Part shown: positions 22,147 through 32,796 of the stretch, one piece after another
How the letters are laid out: each line of letters starts with the position of its first letter
Position numbering within the stretch: the first letter of the stretch is position 1
Source: Rebecca billardiae RCC1528
Lineage: Eukaryota; Protista; Haptophyta
Direction of reading: 5' to 3'
DNA length: 64,000 bases
Assembly (NCBI GenBank): GCA_965240325.2
Contig: OZ251238.1
Location: 1,302,001-1,366,000 of the forward strand
Made by a program: the position numbers and the translations under genes
The notes under the pieces: model-generated
Told to the model about the DNA's origin: nothing
What the model saw: the letters and a program-made list of their open reading frames with translations, nothing else
The model's database searches: none

Positions 22147-23922
22147 ATGAAGGAATCGACCCCGTACGCGCCCGCCTGCCCCATCGGCCTGCCGGCGCGC
22201 CTCGCGCTCTCGGCGGCGCTGGGCGCGCTGCCGCTCGCATTCGAGTCCCCGTCGTACGCCCTGCTCGCGCTCGGCGCCGTCGGCTGCGCGATGGCCGCGC
22301 GCGCCGCGTACGTCGCCGCGCTCACGATCGCCGCGTTCGCGTGGACGCCGCGCATCGGCCGGCTGACGGCGCCGCTGCTGCCCAAGTACTCGTTCTCGGA
22401 GGAGGGCTCGTTCTACACGGCGGACGGCGCGCCCGCCGACGTCGTCGCCAAGCGCCGCGCCGGCTTCGCCAAGCTCGCCGCGGCGTTCGAGGCGCTGTCG
22501 ACCGCGGGCGCGGAGGCGGCGGCGCTCAACGCGGCGATCAAGGAGGGGCTGTCGGACATCCGGTTCACGGACACGAACCGCGTGCCCTTCCCGTTCCAGC
22601 ACGTCGTGCGCGCCCGCCTCTCCGTCTCCACCGCCGTGCGCGCCTCCGAGGGCCCGTGGCTCGTCGACGCGAACGGGCAGCGCGCGCTCGACGTCTCGGG
22701 CTCGTACGGCGTCAACGTGTGCGGGTACGAGCTGTACAAGCAGTTCGCGGCGCAGGGGCTGGGCGCGGTGAAGGAGCTCGGGCCGAACGTGCTCGGCCCG
22801 CTCCACCCGTGCATCGCGCCCGTGCTCTCCGCCCTCCGCGCGCTCTCCGGCCTGCCCGAGGCGTCGTTCCACATGTCTGGCACCGAGGCGGTGATGTGCG
22901 CCGTGCGGCTCGCGCGCTTCAACACGCGCCGCCCGCTGGTGGTGACGTTCTCGGGCGCGTACCACGGCTGGTGGGACGGCGTGCAGCCAGGGCCGGGCTC
23001 CGAGCGCCCCGTCGCCGACGTGCTCAACCTCAAGGACATGTCGCCGCTCGCCCTCGCCGTGCTGCGCGAGCGCGCGTCCGAGATCGCGTGCGTGCTCGTC
23101 TCTCCGCTGCAGGGGCTCAACCCGAACGCGTCGCCGCCCTCGGACCTGGTGCTGATGGACTCGAAGATGCGCAAGGCGGAGGAGTCCGTGCGCGCGTACG
23201 CGGCGTGGCTCAAGAAGCTCCGCGCCACCTGCACCGACGCGCGCATCCCGCTCCTCTTCGACGAGGTCTACACCGGCTTCCGAATGGCGCCCGGCGGCGC
23301 GCAGGCGTACTACGGCGTGCAAGCCGATCTGGTTGTGTACGGCAAGACGCTCGGCGGCGGGTGCGCGGTGGGCGTGGTGTGCGGCCGGCGCGAGCTGATG
23401 CGCCGGTTCGACCCGCAGCGCCCGCTCCGCGTCGCGTACGTCATCGGCACCTTCTCCGCCGCGCCGCTCACCCTCGGCTGCATGGCCGCCTTCCTCGAGT
23501 GGGTGCGCGGCGAGGCGGCCGCAGGCGCGTACGCGCGCGCGCAGACGCTCACCGACGACTTCATCAGCGGGACGAACAAGAAGCTGCTCGAGGAGGGGCT
23601 GCCGCTGCGGCTGCAGAACCTGACGACGGTGTGGACCGTCCTCTTCACCTCGCCCGGCCGGTACCACTGGCTCTTCCAGTACTACCTCCGCGCGCAGGGC
23701 GTCGCGCTCTCGTGGGTGGGCACGGGCCGCTGTCTCTTCTCGCTCGACTTCAAGCCCGCCGACTACGAGGCGCTGCAGACCAAGCTGCTCGCGGCGGCGC
23801 GCGCGATGCGCGAGGACGGCTGGTGGCACGACGGCGTGTCCTCGCAGCAGATCAAGCGGCGCATGGGCCTCGAGTTCGCGCGCCAGGCCCTCGGCCTCGG
23901 CGACAAGGTGAAGGGCGCGTGA
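22147..23922 (+). CDS. Class III PLP-dependent aminotransferase (GSA-aminomutase-like) with hydrophobic N-terminus
   Basis: SGTEAVM, FSGAYHG, LLFDEVYTGFR, YGKTLGGG (PLP lysine) and GTFS motifs; intronless ORF. Confidence 0.9.
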   Translation: MKESTPYAPACPIGLPARLALSAALGALPLAFESPSYALLALGAVGCAMAARAAYVAALTIAAFAWTPRIGRLTAPLLPKYSFSEEGSFYTADGAPADVVAKRRAGFAKLAAAFEALSTAGAEAAALNAAIKEGLSDIRFTDTNRVPFPFQHVVRARLSVSTAVRASEGPWLVDANGQRALDVSGSYGVNVCGYELYKQFAAQGLGAVKELGPNVLGPLHPCIAPVLSALRALSGLPEASFHMSGTEAVMCAVRLARFNTRRPLVVTFSGAYHGWWDGVQPGPGSERPVADVLNLKDMSPLALAVLRERASEIACVLVSPLQGLNPNASPPSDLVLMDSKMRKAEESVRAYAAWLKKLRATCTDARIPLLFDEVYTGFRMAPGGAQAYYGVQADLVVYGKTLGGGCAVGVVCGRRELMRRFDPQRPLRVAYVIGTFSAAPLTLGCMAAFLEWVRGEAAAGAYARAQTLTDDFISGTNKKLLEEGLPLRLQNLTTVWTVLFTSPGRYHWLFQYYLRAQGVALSWVGTGRCLFSLDFKPADYEALQTKLLAAARAMREDGWWHDGVSSQQIKRRMGLEFARQALGLGDKVKGA

Positions 23923-24626
23923 GCGATCTGCCGCTCGACGAGATCGCGATCTCGGAGGCTCGACAAGGTGAAGGGCGCGCGAGCGAGCGCCGCGCCGCCG
24001 CCGCCGCCGCGTGCCGGCTGCGCGAGGGCCCGAGGTCCAGATCTCGAGCAGATCGCGCGCGCCGCGCGCTCGCGCGGCCTGCGGATGGGGCGGCCGACAG
24101 CACCCAGTCCAGTGCGCGCGCCGCGCCTCGCGCCGGCCGAGCCTCGACCGGGGCGGGCCTGCCGGGCGCGGGGGCACGGCCTGCGCGCGCGCGGAGCGGC
24201 GTCGCCGACGGCGCGCCGCCTGCGCGCGCGCGCGCTGACGAACAGCTGCGCATGCGCCCACCGCGACAGCGTGCAAAATAAGCTCGATCGGCTGCACCTG
24301 GATGCGCATGCCGAGGTCTGCGAGGAGGGCAGCGCATTACTGATGAGAGAGAGATTGTGTCATCATCACTCCAGACACTCGGGAGTGTAACGGTCGGAGC
24401 TCTGACCCCACTACGTACGGATCGGGCGCCGCGGGCCGCACATCATTCGGAGTGTAATACTAATTCGTAGTCGTCGTCGTAGTAGTCGATCGTCATCAGA
24501 CATCAGCAGCAGCGCGCGGCGGCATGTGGGCCTCGATCATATAGCGTAGTCGACAAGCAGTCGTCGTCGGCCGCCTCGTCGCGAACGCCGGAACGCGCGC
24601 AGCGCAGATCGAGCTAATCATTCCGC

Positions 24627-26273
24627 CTAATCGTCAGGTACTACTAGGCCGTCGTCACTGGCCTCAGCAGCAGCAGTCTGCACCGGCGCGGTGATCTCGA
24701 ACGCACCGGGTCCGGCCGCGGTCACGAAGAAGCTCGAGCGCGAGATGACGCCACCGGCGCCGTCCGTGTCGTCGGCAGAGGGCTCGCCGACGGCTGCGCG
24801 CTCGGCCGCGAGCGCGCGCGCCCGGCCGTCCGCGAGCGCGCGCGCGTACGCGTCACGCCAGGCGCGCGAGAACTCGTCGGCGCGCTCCGCGTCCACCCAC
24901 GCCCACACCGAGCCGCCAAAGCCCGCGCCGAAAGGGCTCGCCGCGTGCGCGCCGAGCGCGAGCGCGAGCTCCGCGAGCAGCGCCGTCTCGCCCACCAGGT
25001 TGCCCAGCGCCGCCTCGCCGAGCGCGTGCGACTCGGCGGCCAGCCGGCCGAGCGCCGCCCAGTCGCGCCGCGCGAAAGCGTCGGCCGCGCCCGGCACGAG
25101 CGTGTGGCTCTCGGCATCGAACTGCGTGATCCGGGCGCGCAGGCGGTCCGGACTTGGCGCGCCGTCGGCGCGCGGCGCGGCGGCGATGGCCGCGCCCAGC
25201 CGCTCGATCGCCGCCGGAGACGACGCGAGCGCGTCCGCGAGCGTCCGATCCTGCGCGCGCCCCGTCGCCCGCGCCCACAGCCGCACCGCCTCGGCCGCGG
25301 CGCGCGCGGCGTCATTGTACCGCTTGCGCGCGCCGGCGGCCTTGGCGGCGAGGTGGCCGGACACGCCGACGACGAAGACGGCGCGCGCGTGGGCGACGGG
25401 CACGCGGCGCTCGGTGCGCGTCGGGCAGAACGCGCACTGCGAGAGCTGCCCCGCCGCGCACGTCAGGATGGCCGCGTGGTCCTCTGAGCCGCCAAACGTG
25501 CCCACCCCCGCGTCACCGCCGAGCTCGACCGCCGCGCCGGGGGCGGCGGCGGGGAGGGCGTAGGTCTGGCCGTTCTCGACGCAGCCGAGGTACTCCGCGA
25601 ACGCGTCCGTGCGGAAGTCGAGCCGCTCGGCCGAGCCGCTGCCCACCCGCCGCGCCCACCCGAACGCGCGCGCAGGCGGGCTCGTCACCTCCTCCAAGCA
25701 GCCATGCCGCGCGAGCAGCGCGAGCGCGGTGCCGACGACGATGGCGGAGGAGGAGGAGAGGCCGGAGGACGGGGGCAGGTCGCACGCCAGCGCGATCCAG
25801 ACGCCGCGTGACAGCCCAAAGTTGCGCGCGAGACGGCGCGCGGTGACGAGCGGGTACACGGCCCAGTCTCCGTCGCTGCCGTCGATCTCGGCCATCTGGG
25901 TGGCGCCGCTCATGAGCGTGCACTCGCGCACGTCGCCGTCCTGCTCGCGGACGACGCGGACGACGGCGTCGTCCCGCGGTACGGTGACGAAGACAAACCC
26001 ACGCTCGCACGCCGCGAGCAGGCTCCGGCCGCCGGCGTAGTCCGTGTGCTTGCCGAACACCTCGATGCGTCCGGGCACGTGGAACGCGCGCGCCGGCGCG
26101 CAACCCGCACACCCGTCGCGCATGAGGCGGACGGCGCATGCGGAGGCCATCGCCGCGCGCGACGACGAGGCGGCGGGCGAGAGCCCCCCCGCCACGCACG
26201 CGCGAGCCACGGGCTCGATACCTCGAGCGGCGAGCTCATCCAGGCGCACGCTCGACCTCGCCGCATCCGCCAT
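24627..26273 (-). CDS. GHMP kinase, galactokinase-like
   Basis: VPGRIEVFGKHTDYAGG, ATP loop LPPSSGLSSSSA, GAGFGGS. Confidence 0.88.
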   Translation of the reverse strand: MADAARSSVRLDELAARGIEPVARACVAGGLSPAASSSRAAMASACAVRLMRDGCAGCAPARAFHVPGRIEVFGKHTDYAGGRSLLAACERGFVFVTVPRDDAVVRVVREQDGDVRECTLMSGATQMAEIDGSDGDWAVYPLVTARRLARNFGLSRGVWIALACDLPPSSGLSSSSAIVVGTALALLARHGCLEEVTSPPARAFGWARRVGSGSAERLDFRTDAFAEYLGCVENGQTYALPAAAPGAAVELGGDAGVGTFGGSEDHAAILTCAAGQLSQCAFCPTRTERRVPVAHARAVFVVGVSGHLAAKAAGARKRYNDAARAAAEAVRLWARATGRAQDRTLADALASSPAAIERLGAAIAAAPRADGAPSPDRLRARITQFDAESHTLVPGAADAFARRDWAALGRLAAESHALGEAALGNLVGETALLAELALALGAHAASPFGAGFGGSVWAWVDAERADEFSRAWRDAYARALADGRARALAAERAAVGEPSADDTDGAGGVISRSSFFVTAAGPGAFEITAPVQTAAAEASDDGLVVPDD

Positions 26274-26477
26274 TTCTGAGTCGCCCCGGCCAGCGCAGCA
26301 AGCCGTCCGGCTGGCTCCCGCGCACGGGAGCCGAACTTTGTAGCCACTACAGTTGACTAAGAATAAGAGACGCACAGTACAGTAGGCGAAGGTTTGATCC
26401 TGATTCCAGCGGGATCGTGATGCCGACTTTGTGGGGCCGCCCTCCCTTAACTTTCGCAACGCCAGACCTCAAACGGC

Positions 26478-27458
26478 ATGGCAGCGGCGAGCTGCGGCGC
26501 GGACGACGCGACCCTGTGCTACATATGCTTCGACGACGATCCCAAGCTCCAGGCCGAGCTCGTTGTAGGCTCAATCTGCGCGTGCCGCACGCTAGCCGTT
26601 CACGTGCACCCGTGCCTCGAGGAGCTCGTCAACCACCCGACACGCGCGCACTGCTCGACGTCCGCGCGGATGACGTGCATGCTCTGCAAAGCGCCAATCA
26701 AAGTGCCGCACACGGTGACATGCGCGGCACGTACGCGAGATTGTCGGTCAGCATCGTTCACGCCCGATGCGTCGAGCGATTCGGCGCAATCCTCGTCGAG
26801 CGCCTCGACACGCACAGACGAAGAGCCCTGGCGCGCTGCATACTTCTCCAGGGGGCTACGCATTTCAACGAGCGATGACTTGGAGGAGGGCGACCACATG
26901 TTTGCGGTGCAGGCCTGGCTCGTCGCGCTAACGTGTTGCATGTCATTCACCCTAACCGTCTCTTTGCTCGTCGCCTTTAGCGTGTCCTACCCGGCGGCGT
27001 GCATCGCGCTCTTCAGCCTTGGCGGCGGCGCTGGGATCCTCCTGCGGCTGATGGCGCTGCGAAGCCTGAGTCGGGCGGAGCGGGACGAGACGCACGACCG
27101 GCGACTCGAGCGACTCGAGTTTGAGCGGGCGCGCGCGGTGCGTTGGCTCACCCTCGAGCAAACGCGCCGTGCGTCCCAGATGGAGGAGGGCGCCAGTCCA
27201 CCCAGTCACCGCATCTGGCTCGGTCGGCCGGCGAGTGCATGGGTGGCATCGGCGACGGTGTCAGCTGCAGGCTTGTCTGGAGACGAGCTCGCCGCGTCGG
27301 CCTCTGGGACGCTCGACCCAAATCAGACGTCCACGCACGGCCAAACGACTGTGCATGGCAACAGCTGTGAGCACCTGCCGCCTGCATCCAGTGCCCTTCA
27401 GCGAGCAGATGCTGTTGTCGCTTTTGGTGAAACTGCTACGGCCGCGCAAACTTGGTGA
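26478..27458 (+). CDS. RING-CH (MARCH-type) membrane E3 ubiquitin ligase
   Basis: CYIC...CACR...VH..C...CMLC (C4HC3) followed by two TM helices. Confidence 0.8.
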   Translation: MAAASCGADDATLCYICFDDDPKLQAELVVGSICACRTLAVHVHPCLEELVNHPTRAHCSTSARMTCMLCKAPIKVPHTVTCAARTRDCRSASFTPDASSDSAQSSSSASTRTDEEPWRAAYFSRGLRISTSDDLEEGDHMFAVQAWLVALTCCMSFTLTVSLLVAFSVSYPAACIALFSLGGGAGILLRLMALRSLSRAERDETHDRRLERLEFERARAVRWLTLEQTRRASQMEEGASPPSHRIWLGRPASAWVASATVSAAGLSGDELAASASGTLDPNQTSTHGQTTVHGNSCEHLPPASSALQRADAVVAFGETATAAQTW

Positions 27459-27552
27459 TGATGACGACGCGTGCACGATCCAACGAGACTTCAGATTGTA
27501 CTACTACTACTGTACAGTACTACGAATGTATACACGCATCTGCGCGCGTGCG

Positions 27553-27593
27553 CGTGTGTGCATGTGTGTGTGTGTGCATGTGTGTGTGTGTGT
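27553..27593. repeat. (TG)n microsatellite
   Basis: Interrupted tgtgtg tract. Confidence 0.9.
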
Positions 27594-30500
27594 CTAGCCG
27601 TCATCGGAGCGCGCCTGCGCAGACTGCGCTGGCAACATATCCGAGAGGGTGCACGCTGTCACAACAATAATAATGACTCACTACCAGGCGACGCGCGCCG
27701 AAACACCGGGCAGGGAGGAGCCACGACGAAGCGGAGACGAATGATCGCGCGCAATAATCATCAGCTCCTCTTCTCTGAACTTCTCACCGCGACGTACGCG
27801 CGGAGAACGGCGCCGGAGCTGGAGCTGACAGGAGCAGTCAGATGATGATTGACGAGTCAGCGCCGCTGTCGACTCGGTTCGTAAGCTATAGTCATGCAGT
27901 GTCATATGATTACGGGGCCCATGTCCATGCTTATCACGTGAACGCCCCGGTCGTCCGAATCGTTAAATCGCGTCATCACCGGTCCCGGACGCACGCGATA
28001 TCCCGCAACAACAAGCAGCTTGAGCTAGCGCTTGCGCGATTGTAATATATATGTATATATACTTATAGTCGACATATGCATATATGTTAGTTATTGTGAT
28101 TCCATAATAAATTACAAGTAGCGTTATAGGGAATCTATATAACTGATCGTCTATGAGCGACGCCAAGAATCCGGCTCGCATGGCATTCCAGCGTTGTCCC
28201 GCGCGCTCCGCCGTCGCGCAGGAGTCCTGGTGCGCTGCCAATCCGGCCCACAGCGGCGCACCTGCAGGACTCGGTTTGTTACTCGCTCATCGGGGCCAAG
28301 TTTTCGGGGCCAAGCTTCGCTCGTGGGGCGCATCGGGCTGCTTGCGACGAAGGCGCCGAGCTGGGCAGGGGGATCGCCTGCATCCGCGGACCACTCAGGT
28401 GCACTCTCCGCCGCAGGAGGTGCACCGGAGGCCGCAGCCCCTCTGCTCGGTAAGGTCGCTGGCTGTCCGTGTGGCTTGATGGCTCCCCGCCTGATCGTTC
28501 GGTGGCGCGACTACCTACATCATCTGTCCTCGCCGCGTCGCCCCTCATGCAACTCGGATGCCCTCTTGCTCTCGCCGCTGTTGCGTCAAACCGCACGCTA
28601 ACGCTTCGGCATCGTTTGCCCGCCCGCCCACCCTCTGGCGGATTTGGAATAATGATGGGTTCCATACGCGCACTGTGTCAGCGAGCCATATCAGCGTTAA
28701 TCGACCTTGCTCCGTGAGTGACTGACGACTCGCGGGCGCCCTCTCGACGTCGGGCAGCACGGCTCAAACGCGGCGCTGCTGCCAGCGGCAGCGCCCGCTG
28801 TAGTCGTTCCGGTTCGGCTCAAATCCAGCATCAACATAGCTATAACCTGATCACAGTTCCATGACGATCATCGTACGGTCTACCCCAGTCCCCACGACGC
28901 CGCGCGCCACCGACCATCCATGATCCAGCTCCAGTCGTACCCGACACCATACGAGCCGGGCATGGCGGTCAGAGTGGCTACTGTATATACGGGACTCTAA
29001 CTGCCATCGGCTGTGCCCGTCGGCTGTCGCGCCGCCGGTCCCGGATGCGCGGATAATTCGTCGTGACGATGATATATACGCGAATATAATGGCCCGCGGT
29101 GCAGGGCGGAACGCGCAGCGTGGAGCCCGCTCCGTGGGCCCTAACCACGTTTCAATAAGATCTTTGATCAAAGAAAAAAGGGACTGGGCGGTGTTTTCCA
29201 GAGTGGAGGAGACCGAGTTTCGATTTTTTGAGACCTCGTCCTTACGCATGGATTAGCGTCGAAAAAGGGCGCGTCCGCCGTCTTGAATAGTGAACAGAGG
29301 AATCAACGAAACCCACGCCCAAGTGTGCGAGGCAGGGTAATTGTGGGTAGACTCTCGTTAATGTAGTGTGACCATATAGTAAAATAATATGGCCTCGCCG
29401 CCGCAAGATGCCAAGAACGACCGTTGACATAATCGATCGTCCAACCAACTCCAATAGTGCGAGACATTGAAAAATACCCGCCGCAGCTATCATCCGTATA
29501 GTCGGAGCGGAGGGGGCGCGCGCGGCGCGTGTCATCCCCGCGTTTTGTACATCCGGGAGACGAGGCGTCGCGAAGGCGACCCTTTATTCGCGCCCCTCGC
29601 CGAGCCGACCCCCGCCGCCCGGGGGCGGGCTGCTGGGCGCACGAGCGCGAGCTGGCCACCGGCGTGAAGCCGAGGTGGAGCCAACTCGTCCTTCAGCTCG
29701 CAGGCGGCCCGGCTCCTGCGGCCGACCGCCCTGCTCGGGCATCCGCCTGCCTGCTTTGGCGCGGAGGCAAAACCGTACGGCCTAGCCCGCCGCCGCCACG
29801 CGGCGGCCAGTCGGGGTGTCGTGTCGCGATTTACGGGTGCGCGCCTCGCGGGGCAGGTGGCACTGTCCCGCCCGAGCGGTTCCGACCCCCGAAATTCCCT
29901 CGCAAGCGCCCGCGAACGCGGATCCTCGCCGCGGGCTCGCCGGGGCCCATGTGCGTACCCGGGTGCCCCTGTCGAGCCAGTCTGGTGCGAGCACCGAAGG
30001 ATGGTGCGGGCCGGGAGGCGTGCTGCGCGACGCCACCGAGGCCGCGGGCCAGCTAGGCACCGCTTGCGCGCCCACCAGTAGCCTGTGGCCCGACCACGCG
30101 TTCAATCGTGGCACCCGATGGCAGTCACGGTGCTCTGCGCCTGCGGCTGGAGCGCGCTGTGCGCTCAGACGCGAGCGGCCGCCAAGTTGCCGGGTAGACG
30201 CCGTGTGCACGCTCTGGCAGCTGCGGATCAGCATCCTGCGAAGCTCCGGCTGCCCCCACCTGAATGCTCGCACCACCCACCACGCGGCCAGCCGGCCCGG
30301 CGCGCGCCGCGCGGCCACCTCACCCGACGACCGTGCGAGCCTTGGGATACTGCGCGTATATATTGTGTGCTCAACGTGGGTGACAGCACAGCTGCGCCGC
30401 GGGCCCCCAACTACGTTGGTTCTGACGGAAGAGGACCGCGGAACGCGGTCATCATACTAATATTAAATTTGGGGCACGCATGCGTGACGACGACGATCGT

Positions 30501-30983
30501 GCGATATGATGATCATGATGATATGACTGCTGGTGATCGCGGTCATCGGTAACGGGCGGTGGCGGGTAGTTGAGTCGTAATGAGCCTAGCTACTGAACCG
30601 GCCTGCGCGGTGTGCCCGAGCCCGACTCGGATCAGATGACGACGACAGCCGCAGCGGCCCCGCCGGCCGCGCTGGCAGAAGGCGCAGTGCGGCATGAGAG
30701 ATAGAGCATGACGAGTGAAGGAGTCGGTAACGCCCGGACCAGATAGCGCGCATCCAACGCCGATGGCCCGTACCCGTGGCCACGAGCGGGAGGTCGGGCA
30801 TCACGCTGCGATCGGGCGCACAGGTGGAGGCAAAGCGCGCGCAAGCGTCGCCCAAGCCCCAAAGCCGCGGATGGCTGCCGGCTGACGGCCCACGAGGCGT
30901 GTGCTGTGCAGGGTGCGCTGCCGGTCCGCGGCGGATCCGCCCAGCACAGGTAGGCGGGCACGCGCATCGCCACGACGCGCCGC

Positions 30984-32283
30984 TCAGCACTGCTCCACGA
31001 GCACGAGCAGCTTGATGGCTGTCGTCTGCGTGCCCTCCTCGTTGTCCACGTCAGTGAACTCCGGCCGGCACGTCTGCGCGCGGCGGCGGGCGGCGGCGCG
31101 CGCGCGGGAGGCGTGGCTGAGCGCGGGTGCGCGCCGGTCCGGCGGGGCGGCGGCACGGGGCGCGCGCACGCACCAGGTCGATCCCCTCCTGCTCGATGTA
31201 CTGCCGCGCGATCGCGATGCCCTTGACCGCCTGGTTGACCGAGCCTGCCCCAATCGCGACCATCTGAACGCGCTGCGCCTGGCGCGCAGCGTTGGCGATC
31301 GCGCCCGCGAGCACCTTCGAGTCGGTGGCGGCGGCGACCTTGAGGCTCTGCAGGTTGGCCGTCGCCTTGTCGTCGGTCATGTCGCGCCGGGCCTGCGCGC
31401 GACGTGCGCGGGGCGGAGCGGGACCTCGTCAGCCGCGCGCCGCCGCGCGCACGAGCGCGACCGGCCGCCGCGCGAGCACCGCCTGCAGGGGCGATCGGCG
31501 TCTCTCTGGCGCAGGTGGCGCTGTGAGCGCTGCACGCCCCGCTCGCGCTCGCGGGCCCGGGATGGCCGTCCGTACGCGGCACTCGGCGCTGCCTCGGCAG
31601 CCGGGCCACGCAGCATGCGTGCAGCACTGCCGCGCGGCCCGCCGCGCGCTCCTGGCTGCGGCTGCGGACGCGTCTTAGCGCGCACGGCTCACACCTTCTT
31701 CACGATCGGCATGGACAGCCCGGAGGAGTCGGAGTTGTCGAGGTGGATGAACTCCGGCTGGAACGCGATGTCCACGTCCTCCGACAGCTTGAGGTACGTC
31801 CGCGCGATGCAGATCGCTTTCTGCGCGGCGAGGCGAGGCGCAGCGAGCGGACAGGCGAGAGCGCGTCAGGCGCACTCGCGCGTGCGCGCCGCGCGGTGGG
31901 TGCGTGCGCGCGCGCACCGTCGCCTGGTTGGTGGACTGCGGGCCAACTGCCATCAGGCACGGGCACTCGACCGGCATGCGCGCCTGCGCCGCGATCAGCT
32001 GCGCCGTGTCGCGCGGGTTGGTGTGAGCCCCGATCTTGGTCAGGTTGTTGCCGCGCGAGATGCGCTCGATGAAGTCAGGCAGCTCGCCCGCGTCGGTGCG
32101 CTCGCGGAGGTCACCGCGGGTGTACGGCGCGTCGCGCCCGCCACCCTCGCGCCCGCCGCCCCCTGCGCACGCCAGCCAGCAGCCGAGGACGCGCGGGGAT
32201 GCGCCGACGCGCTTGAGCAGGTGCGCGCGCGCCACGCGCCGTACGCAGCGGCGCGTGCGCGGGGCGCGCTCTCGGCGAGGCAT
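30984..32283 (-). CDS. Tandem SpoVS-domain (Alba-like fold) protein; introns 31074-31173, 31393-31694, 31821-31917; start uncertain
   Basis: Domain 2 SLKVAAATDSKVLAGAIA...AIGAGSVNQAVKGIAIARQY...GIDL|TCRPEFTDV...TTAIKLLV closely follows bacterial SpoVS. Domain 1 is AVGPQSTNQAT|KAICIARTYL..VDIAFQPEF. All three introns are GT-AG and preserve the frame. Confidence 0.85.
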
Positions 32284-32796
32284 GCACGGCGCGTGCAAGG
32301 ACGAGCGGTGCACAGGGGCGGGCACACACGTCGAGTCGTGCGCATCGCCATGGTGAGGACGAGATGGGCGAGTGGCGAAGACGATGGAGGATGCGCCCAC
32401 TGTCGCGGGCGTTGAGCCAAGACGCCAGCTGCGCGGCTGGCGAGCGGCGCCCCCGCGGCAGCGCGCTGTTGCAGACGGTTACTTACAACTGCATGTCGTC
32501 ATACGAGCTGCCAGATACGGATACCGTACCGCGCGGGTAACCGGTAATGCGTCCGTGGCGTATTCCGCACTATGACTAGCACGGGCCGGCGCCTCCAGCA
32601 CTCTGCACTGTCACTGCAAGCGGCACCCGCCACCACATCCGCTTGCGCGGTTGCGCCCACACACTCATCACAGCTCACTCGTCTCTCGTCTCGTCTGAGC
32701 AGCCACCGGCCCGGCGATATTAAGGGGGCCAGCCCGCATTGCACTCAACAGTCGCGGCCGGTGGCGGTAGTAAATTTTAATCCGCCCCGCGCCTGC

